This document shows positions 51,150-58,923 of a DNA stretch of 64,000 nt, one piece after another. The notes beneath the pieces are model-generated. The model was not told the origin of the DNA, made no database searches, and was given only the letters and a program-made list of their open reading frames with translations. This DNA is from Gemmatimonadota bacterium. GTDB lineage: Bacteria; Gemmatimonadota; Gemmatimonadetes; Longimicrobiales; Gaopeijiaceae. The stretch spans positions 1,760,001 through 1,824,000 of the forward strand of contig JAXHMG010000003.1 of NCBI GenBank assembly GCA_034521595.1, in the 5' to 3' direction. Position 1 is the stretch's first letter; every line of letters starts with the position of its first letter. Position numbers and translations under genes: made by a program.

Positions 51150-51418
51150 GAGCTATGGCACGGACCCGGGAGGGGGACATGGCCCGAGAATACGAGGTTA
51201 TCGTTGAGCGCGACCCCGAGGGGTGGGGACGTGGCCACCGTTCCGGCACTTCGCGGATGCGCGACCAGGCCCGGACCCTCGAAGAGCTCCGGGAGCGCGT
51301 TCGGGAGCCCATCCGAGCTATGGCCCTGGACCCGGAGACGGTGCGGACGACGGCCCGAGAGATACGTGGACTATCGTTGGGCGCGACCCCGCGGGGCGGT
51401 ACGTGGCCACCGTCTTCC
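51150..51418 (+). repeat. Degenerate direct repeat (~95-105 bp units, 165-bp offset) covering the hicB 5' end
   Basis: GAGCTATGGC..GGACCCGG..GGCCCGAGA..TATCGTTG.GCGCGACCCCG..ACGTGGCCACCGT at 51150 and again at 51315. Confidence 0.8.
51179..51330 (+). pseudogene. hicB: HicB-family antitoxin, frameshifted
   Basis: Stitched frames read MAREYEVIVERDPEGW-VATVPALRGC-QARTLEELRERVRE.I. Confidence 0.75.
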
Positions 51419-51419
51419 C

Positions 51420-51617
51420 CGGTCACCCCGCGGATGCGATTCGGCCCGCGCTCTTGAGCGGGCCGGCTTCCAGGCTGGTACGGGTGCCGGGGAGCCACCA
51501 CCGGTCTGCGCACCCGGACGGACGCCGACCACCGTTCCAGTCCATGCTGGCCCGGGCAGTAGGCCCGGGCTCCGTCGGGAAGATCCGAAGGACGCCGAGC
51601 TCACCCGGAGACGCTGA
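51420..51617 (+). pseudogene. hicA: HicA-family toxin, multiply frameshifted
   Basis: Stitched frames read ALERAGF-LVRV.GSHH-HPDGR-TTVPVHAG-GPG-KI-KDAELT. Confidence 0.75.
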
Positions 51618-51842
51618 CCACGTCTCCGATCCGGAAACGGGTCCCAACGCACGGAGGGGCCCCACCCGGTCCGCGCCTCCACTTGATGCGGCGCTGCTGG
51701 CTTCCAGGCAGCGTACGGGCTGCTCAGGGGAGGCGCTCTAACCGAGCTGAGCCAAGCGCCCGGACGGTACGTTTTCCCGTTGTCTAGCCATTTCTGGCGA
51801 CCCTCCAGTCCCACGCACGGCGACGGGCGTGGGCCCGGTCGG

Positions 51843-53995
51843 CTACTCATTTCGCCTCCCGGACCTCACCCGCCTCAGCACTGACGCGTAACATAGTGTC
51901 GGCGTCGGCATGCTGGTAGGCGGACTTGAGCGCCCGGGATGCCGCTGCCAACCACGCTGCCGCAGTGAACCTGCCCCGGCGTCACCGGAGACTGTCCACG
52001 TTGAGTGGCCCCAGGCACGCAGGCACCCCTCCGATCCCCATGGGCGCTCCTGAGATTGTCCTCGACGACGGCCTTGTACCGGCCCTGAAGGTCTTGTAGG
52101 GCAGGTGGGACTCGGACGAGGACCGGGTCCAAGGTGTTCCGTATCTCCGTCAGTCAACCATTCGGCGATCGTCCCGGACCTGGTCCTGTGGCCATGTCCC
52201 GGCGGCCCGCCAGGCCCACGCAGCCTTTCGACCGGGCGTTGTTGCGTCGTCCGTCGACTGGAACGGCAAAGTCGCCGTCCCGAAGACGTAGCCGCGCGCT
52301 GACCAGGCCATAGAACGGGGGCGAGCCCGACGCGCTCGAAGACGGTGTCGGTTCGCCCGGGCGACCTGCTCGGTAGCCTTCGCGGACTCGAGACGTCTGT
52401 GCATGCAGGTCTTCCAGCCGCCGATGACCGCAGTGAACCTCCCGCGGCTGGCGAACTGGCGGAGGCTCGTTCTGCTGTAGGCCAGCGTCCACCAGGGACG
52501 TCAGGCAGATGCGCTCCATGGAGGTGCCGTACTTCTGTGAACGCCGAAGCAGTAACAAGGAGCAGGCATCCTCGGTACGACAGAGGGTGGCATCCGAGGT
52601 TCCTGTCTCGAAGGTCAAGCGATCCGGGATATCATAGCGTGGGACGCGCAGGGAGCGACCGCGGTCCAGGCGTTTCCGCTTGGATCTCGACTCAGTCGGC
52701 GGTAGTGGCCACGGGCAGATCCGTCCGGCGAGCCTGGTCCTGTGGCACGCCCATGCGGTCTGCGCCAGAGCTGGATGTCGCGGAGCGGTCAATCTTCAGG
52801 ATGCTGTGTACACGTCGTGCCGAAGGTCGACCGGATGCCGGCCGTATGATCGGAGCCCCGTCTGCGAAGAGGGCGATCGCGTAGCTTCGCCTGGACTCCG
52901 GAGAGTCGGGGCGAGCCCGTCCGCACGAGCTCGACGCCACGGGTGGCTACGCCGGGCTGGTCGCTGTCCGAATCTCTTCGCGAGAGGTGGACCGCACCAT
53001 CGCGTCCAGGCTTCAGGTCTGCGATACGCACCGAGTGGGCGTCGTTGACCGACTCTCGGCTTCCGGGATGCCGCGAGGCCTCAAGGTGATGTTGGCGCAG
53101 GTACGTTCTGGCTGTTGGCGGGCGTAGCACCGAGCAGTGGCGTCTGGGCTCAGCTTGGTACTGGCCATCGCAACCGATTCGGTGCATCGCTCTGGCAGAG
53201 CAGTCGCAAAGGAGGCCGGCACGCCCCGTCCTTCGTAGCTTGTCGCCCGTTCGGTCGGCATTTCCGAGGATAGGGGACGCGGCCAGTCGGGTGTCGTAGC
53301 GTGTCACGGGACTATCATCGCGTCCCGACGTAGGTCACTCAGGGTGCCAATCGCCCGTCGGTACAACAGCTGTTGCGCTGTTGGAACTCGAGCCATGGCG
53401 GGTAATGGCTCAGCTGCCGTGGTGGCGAAGCCGAGTTCCCGGAAGCGGAGCGTACTCTCGGCGTCAGCCCGTTTCGTTCTGCGACCTTGGCTTGTTCACG
53501 AGCCGGACGTTGTGGAGCCGGCGAATCATCTCAGGATACTGGTGATGTCCGCAGCGTCTTTTGCGGGTAGGTCCTGCGATGCCGAGAGGCACTCGAAGAT
53601 GACCTGCAAGGGGCCGATACCGTCAGGGAGAGGGCCTCGGCAGGTGCGCTCCACACCCCGCGCAATCGCGGTGGACTGCGGAGATTTCATCGCATTCGGG
53701 TGCGCTTACTCCCGGCAGGCGGATGATGCGCACGCCGGGTAGGTCGACGTCCACCCGGCTCTTCCCGGGCTGGACATGAAGAGCATGCCCTCAACCGGTC
53801 CGCGTATCGCCGAACTGTGTGACAGCTGCCAGTCAGGTAATAGGACCGTGGCGACCGCCAATATTCTCCGCAAGCCAGCTCGTCCGCTGGGCGATCGAGG
53901 TCATCGGTGTAGAGGTTGCGATACAGGCGCCGGACCTGACCGGTGCTCGCGGACTCGGAGCTATTCTGGTCATTTCTCCGTACGACCGAGATCAT
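51843..53995 (-). pseudogene. Long-form HipA-family Ser/Thr kinase toxin with N-terminal extension, many frameshifts
   Basis: In order across frames: GQVRRLYRNLY, AIGTL, GVPASFATALPE, LSGVQAKL, ILKID, EDACSLL..KYGTSMERI, EDLHA, GLAP/FYGLVS, FAVPVDGRRNN. 3' end approximate. Confidence 0.7.
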
Positions 53996-53999
53996 GTCC

Positions 54000-54112
54000 G
54001 TAATGTTTATGGGTAGTAAAGATACCACAGAACCGCAAAACATTACAACCAGTCATCTGGACGGGCAAGAGTGTAATGCTCGTAGGGATGTTACATCTAA
54101 CATTACTCCCTA
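54000..54112. promoter_or_regulatory. AT-rich upstream region with operator-like inverted repeats
   Basis: GTAATGTTT (54000)/AAACATTAC (54038), GTAATG (54073)/CATTAC (54101), GATGT-T-ACATC (54087). Confidence 0.5.
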
Positions 54113-54495
54113 AATCATTAAGATGCTGCTGAGAGTGTGATGCAGATCAAATACCTGGTCGAGCGAGACGTTGTTCTCGTCGTACGTGTCGAGGCAGCGC
54201 AGTCCCTTCGGGCCAACCTCCGGAGGGCTCACATCCGCGCGAAGCCCCTCACGTCACTCCGGCAGCACGGACGCCCCTGCGGATCGCGCTCGAAGGCGGG
54301 GCCGGCCGTGAGCTAGGTCTATCCCGACTCGTCGGCGTTCATCCCCAAGATTCCTCGGCACCCGTGCAGTGGCTCACGAAGGCGATGCGGGCGCCGTCCG
54401 GTGACCACCGCGGCAGCTCGTCCCTGGCAGGGTCTTCCGTGAGGGAATACGTTCCATCATGGTACCGTAATACAACCCGCGCTTCGGAGGCAGCC

Positions 54496-54731
54496 GTGAC
54501 CAACCTCACCATCAAGAACCTCCCCCAGCCTCTCTACGAGCGCCTCAAGGAGCGGGCGGCCCGGAATCGTCGCAGCCTGAACAGCGAAGTGATTCACGCG
54601 CTGGAGCGGGCTACGGGGAGCGTTCCGGTCGACGCCGAGGCCCTTCTAGCCCGGGTCCGGGCTGGACGACCGCTCCTGCCGTACCGTACGACGGATGAAC
54701 TCAGGGCCCTGCGGGATGCGGGCGGGCGTGA
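54496..54731 (+). CDS. Arc/FitA-like ribbon-helix-helix antitoxin (frameshift near 3' end)
   Basis: GGAGG RBS; NLTIKNLPQPLYERLKERAARNRRSLNSEV; expected GTGA overlap with the PIN start at 54728. Confidence 0.75.
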
Positions 54732-55134
54732 TCGTCGTCGACGTCAACGTGATCGCCGATCTGTCTATCGACGGGCCGGAGACCGAAGCAGCGGAGCGGG
54801 CCGCCGGCGCGGACCCGGGAACTGGGCGGCACCCCTGGCTCGGCGGAGTGAGTGGCACAGCGTTCTGGCCGGATACCTCCGACGAGGCGACCTCGACCAC
54901 GCAGCCGCCCTCGAATTAGTCGATACCGCGGCGGCGCTGGTCGCGGGCCGCGAGTACCTCGTGGACGGAGCCAGCGTCCTGTCGTTGGTACGGTCCTCTC
55001 CGTGCTCGGCCTACGACTGCGAGTACGTCGCCCTGGCGGATACCCTCGGCGTCCCGCTGGTCACATACGATCGCCAAGTGCTGGCTGCCTTTCCGGGTCG
55101 GACGACTACCCCGTCCGGATACGCACCCCGCTGA
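54728..55134 (+). pseudogene. vapC: PIN-domain (VapC/FitB) toxin, frameshift near 54815
   Basis: IVVDVNVI, WAAP..SE, SAYDCEYVALA..LGVPLVTYD. Confidence 0.8.
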
Positions 55135-55158
55135 GTCGCACGGGGAACTCGCGCGCGC

Positions 55159-55560
55159 TTGATTACCACCTTCACCACCACCGAGATCGCCCGGCTCCGG
55201 CTGCAGGCTCTGGGGCTGGCCGGACCTCCGGTGGCCTCGGACCCGACGGGCGTCGTCGCCCACCACCTGGCCATGCAGGCCCAGGACTTCCCGGCCTCCA
55301 GATGGGCGGTGGGCTCTCGACTCCCGGGGAGCACCGAGGCGGCGGTCCTGGCGGCCTACGACGCCGGCGCGATCGTGCGCTCCTGGCCCATGCGGGGCAC
55401 GGTGCACGTGGTGGCCGCCCCGGATCTTCCGTGGATGCTGGAGCACCTGAGTCCCCGGGCACTCACGGGCGTGAAGCGCCGGTGGGACTACCTGGGCATC
55501 GACCAGCCGTTTCTGGAGCGCGCCCGGGACGTGGCGGAGGAGCTCCTTCGGGGCGGTCGC
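55159..55560 (+). pseudogene. Truncated AlkZ/YcaQ (HTH_42) family DNA glycosylase
   Basis: MQAQD and VRSWPMRGTVH; breaks off after about 135 codons. Confidence 0.75.
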
Positions 55561-55564
55561 GCAG

Positions 55565-55949
55565 GCACGGGCGACGGCCGACGGCTTGGACATCACCTTC
55601 GACACCGGTGACGCCGGTGACTTGCCGTACCCCGATGACGCCTTCGACCTCGTGCTCTCCTCCTTCGGCATCATGTTCGTGCCCGACCAGGAGCAGGTGG
55701 CCGACGAGCTCGTGCGCGTGTGCCGACCGGGAAGCCGTCTTCCACTATGTGCGGCCCGGTGACTGGATCGACGTCATGGCCGAGTATTACGGGCCGATCG
55801 TGAAGGCACTCGAACGGTTGGACGAGGCGGGGAAGAAATCGCTGATCGAGGATCTCAAGGACGTGACCGCCCAGGCATCTCGCCCCGTCGAGGAAGCCTG
55901 CGAGCTTCCCTCGGCCTACCTGGAGGTCGTGGGCTCCGTTCTTGTATGA
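55565..55949 (+). pseudogene. Fragments of a class I SAM methyltransferase
   Basis: [37 protein letters not shown], then a frame change to YYGPIVKA..AYLEVV; N-terminus absent. Confidence 0.7.
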
Positions 55950-55983
55950 TGATCAGCCGTCAGTCTACGAACCCGACACCTGA

Positions 55984-56625
55984 ATGCGAGCAGGCCTCGG
56001 CATGGACAATCCGTTTCGTGGACGCCTGAACGCCGCGGGGCTCGATCTCATCGACGGCCTCATGCACCGAGTGTACGGCCCCCGCAAAGAACGGCTGTTC
56101 GACGGGGACCCATCCCGCGTGGTGGAGATCGGTCCAGGGGTCGGGGCGAACTTCCGCTACTACGCAGCAGGAACGCAGGTGGTCGGGATCGAGCCGAGCC
56201 CCGGAATGCACGGCCGCCTCCGGCGGCGAGCCCGAAGCCGGGACCTCGACCTCGATCTCGTTGCGGCCCATGCGGAGGAACTGCCATTGGAGACCGGATC
56301 CGAGGAGTGGGTCGTGGGAACGCTCGTGTTGTGCACCGTCGGCTCGCCCGAGGCCGCGCTCTCGGAGATCGTGCGCATCCTGCGACCCGGTGGACGGTTC
56401 GTCTTCATCGAGCACGTGGCCGCGGCTCCGCACTCGGCGCTCGGAGCCGTGCAGCGAGGGCTCCGGCGACCGTGGCGTTGGATGTTCGAAGGATGCACGC
56501 TCGACCGGCGGACGCTTCAACGCATCGAAGCCGCGGGGTTCCGGGAGGTGCGGGCGGAACGGTTCACCGTGGGGGGCGGCCTTCTGCCCGTGAGCCCGCA
56601 CGTCGGGGGGATCGCGGTGCGCTGA
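55984..56625 (+). CDS. Class I SAM-dependent methyltransferase
   Basis: VEIGPGVGANF, AEELP, LVLCTV, LRPGGRFVFIEH. Confidence 0.9.
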   Translation: MRAGLGMDNPFRGRLNAAGLDLIDGLMHRVYGPRKERLFDGDPSRVVEIGPGVGANFRYYAAGTQVVGIEPSPGMHGRLRRRARSRDLDLDLVAAHAEELPLETGSEEWVVGTLVLCTVGSPEAALSEIVRILRPGGRFVFIEHVAAAPHSALGAVQRGLRRPWRWMFEGCTLDRRTLQRIEAAGFREVRAERFTVGGGLLPVSPHVGGIAVR

Positions 56626-56661
56626 TCGACAACGACCCGGTCGCAGAGAAGGTGTCGCCCG

Positions 56662-58791
56662 CTACGCGGGGTCCGGGGTCACGTCCCCGATCCGTACCCC
56701 GCTCCTCCGCAGCACCGCACGGACACGTGCCTGCAGGCGGGTGACCGCCACGGGCTTGAGCATGTAGTCGTCGGCGCCGTGGTCGAGCAGCGCGATCTCG
56801 TTCCTGGGATCCGGTGAGCTCGTGAGGACGAGGACCGGCAGAAACTGGGTGGTGAGCGACTGCCGGATCCGACGGAGCACATCGAGGCCGTCCATGCCGG
56901 GAAGCATGAGGTCGAGAAGGACCATCGAGAACACGTGCTCTCCTTTCTCGAGCAGCTCGACAGCTTCCTCACCGGTTTCGGCCTCGATCACGTCGAACCC
57001 GAGGTCACGGACGATGGAGCCGATCAGCAATCGGTCCTGGGCTTCGTCTTCGACCAGCAGGATCGGCCCGGCGGAGCTGGGCGTCTCCTCACGAGGCGGC
57101 ACGATCCCGAGCACGCGCTCGACTTCCTCGACCGTGGTCTCTCCGCGCCCCACCCGGTCGAGCGCGACGTCGGCGAGCTCGCGCATGCCCTCCATGCGTG
57201 CCGCCATCTGGAGATCCTCGTCCTCCGCACCTTCGGAGAGGAGCGCGCGGAGTCCGGGCGTGAGCACCAGCACTTCGGCTACGGGAAGCTGTCCATGGTA
57301 GCCCGTGCCCGCGCAGGCACGACAGCCCACGGCACGACGGGGTGGGAGAACGCCGAGGTGGCCGGCGAGCTTGCGTTCCCGGGACGGCAGGTCGTCCGGC
57401 ATGTCCACCGAGCGCGCGCAGTGCGGACAGAGCCGGCGCACCAATCGCAGCGATACGACCGCGTGCAACGACTCCGCGAGTCGCCCGGCCGCGAGGCCGA
57501 GATCCCGTAGCCTCCGGATTCCGGATACGGCATCGGGCGTGTGGACGGTCGCGAGAACCTTGCGGCCCGTCACTGCCGTGCGAAGCGCGATTCGGGCCGT
57601 CGCGAGGTCGCGAATCTCCCCGGCGTGCACGACGTCTGGATCCCGGTCGAGCAAGGTCTGAAGGGTCTCCGCGAACGAGAGTCCGGTCGAGGCATCGTAC
57701 CGGATCTGCGTGACGCCGGGCACGTGCAATTCCACTCGCCCTTCGAGGGACAGCACGTTCCGCTTGTTGAGCGCGAACATGCTCGCATGGATGAAGCTGG
57801 TCGTACCGGATCGAGCCGGACCGGTCACGAGCACGAGTCCGTCGGGTCGCTCGAGCAGCTCGCGGATCGTCTCCCCCTCGGGTCCGTCGAAGCCGAGCGT
57901 GTCGAGCGTCGGCACCACGTCCGGTCGCACGAGCCGGACCGAGGCGAGCTCCCCGTCGGGGGTCGGGGTCGTCAGGAGATGGGCCACCCGCTTGAGGTCG
58001 CGGCCGGCCTGTACCAAAAAGCCGCCGTCCGCTCTCGCGTCCACGCCCTCGGCGATGTACTTGAGCCGTGCCACTAGCCGTTGATGGGCGGCCGCCGGCA
58101 GCGGCACGACCTGCTGCAGGACCCCGTCGATTCTGTAGCGCACGCGCCCGCGCTGCCGGTCGGGCTCGATATGGACCTCGGTGGCCCGGTACCGCACGGC
58201 TTGCTGGAGAATCACGTCGGCAAGCTTGACGACGGCCGGATCCTCGAGCTCGAAGCTGGTGAAGGAGCCGCGCCCATCGGACGTCACGACCTGGAAGTCA
58301 CTCTCGGCCACCTCGGCCACGAGCTCCTGCAGGGAGTTCCCGGGTGCCTGTTGTGGTGCGTAGGCCCGATCGAGCGCCTGAGCGATGGCGGTCGGACTCG
58401 CCATCAACAGCACCGGCTCCCTTCCGGTGTTGTCGACGACGGCCTTGAGGGCCGCGCGGTTCGACGGATCGGAGGTCGCGACGACCACGTTCCGCTCCGT
58501 CAGCGAGACCGCGAGGATGCCGTACCGCCGGGCCACGGACTCGGGGATGAGCCGCACCGCCTGGGGGTCGCGCTGGCTCACGTCCGCGACACCGATCCGG
58601 AAGTGGCTGGCGGCCCGACGCGTGAACTCGGCCTCCGTGGTCCCACACGCCTCCACCACGCGGGTCCAGGCCTTACGCAACATGGCCAGGTCGAGACGCG
58701 GCGGCAGGTCGAGCGCGAGGCCGGCGTGGCCGGCGACGTCCTTCAACCAGTGTGAGGAAGAGGTCGACTGCATACGCGGATCGCTGGGCAT
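56662..58791 (-). CDS. GspE/PilB-family ATPase-like protein fused to a C-terminal receiver domain
   Basis: ATEVHIEP, RYRIDGVL, DPDVVHAGEIRD, RLVRRLCPHC, GCRAC; degenerate Walker A; intact receiver. Confidence 0.85.
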   Translation of the reverse strand: MPSDPRMQSTSSSHWLKDVAGHAGLALDLPPRLDLAMLRKAWTRVVEACGTTEAEFTRRAASHFRIGVADVSQRDPQAVRLIPESVARRYGILAVSLTERNVVVATSDPSNRAALKAVVDNTGREPVLLMASPTAIAQALDRAYAPQQAPGNSLQELVAEVAESDFQVVTSDGRGSFTSFELEDPAVVKLADVILQQAVRYRATEVHIEPDRQRGRVRYRIDGVLQQVVPLPAAAHQRLVARLKYIAEGVDARADGGFLVQAGRDLKRVAHLLTTPTPDGELASVRLVRPDVVPTLDTLGFDGPEGETIRELLERPDGLVLVTGPARSGTTSFIHASMFALNKRNVLSLEGRVELHVPGVTQIRYDASTGLSFAETLQTLLDRDPDVVHAGEIRDLATARIALRTAVTGRKVLATVHTPDAVSGIRRLRDLGLAAGRLAESLHAVVSLRLVRRLCPHCARSVDMPDDLPSRERKLAGHLGVLPPRRAVGCRACAGTGYHGQLPVAEVLVLTPGLRALLSEGAEDEDLQMAARMEGMRELADVALDRVGRGETTVEEVERVLGIVPPREETPSSAGPILLVEDEAQDRLLIGSIVRDLGFDVIEAETGEEAVELLEKGEHVFSMVLLDLMLPGMDGLDVLRRIRQSLTTQFLPVLVLTSSPDPRNEIALLDHGADDYMLKPVAVTRLQARVRAVLRRSGVRIGDVTPDPA

Positions 58792-58923
58792 CCGGTCGTG
58801 ATTGAAGTGATCGAAGCGGCGGGGGGAGGCCGTAAGGGACGGACGCCCGGACAATATGGCAAGAACGCGGCCAATGTCATTGGGGTCTGGCGCGCGTCGC
58901 CGACACCTCGCTACCGTCCACGC

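Noticed and set aside
50850..56000. Integrase, transposase, att sites or tRNA anchor for the degraded island
   Set aside because: No recombinase motifs, terminal inverted repeats or tRNA-like cloverleaf recognised by eye.
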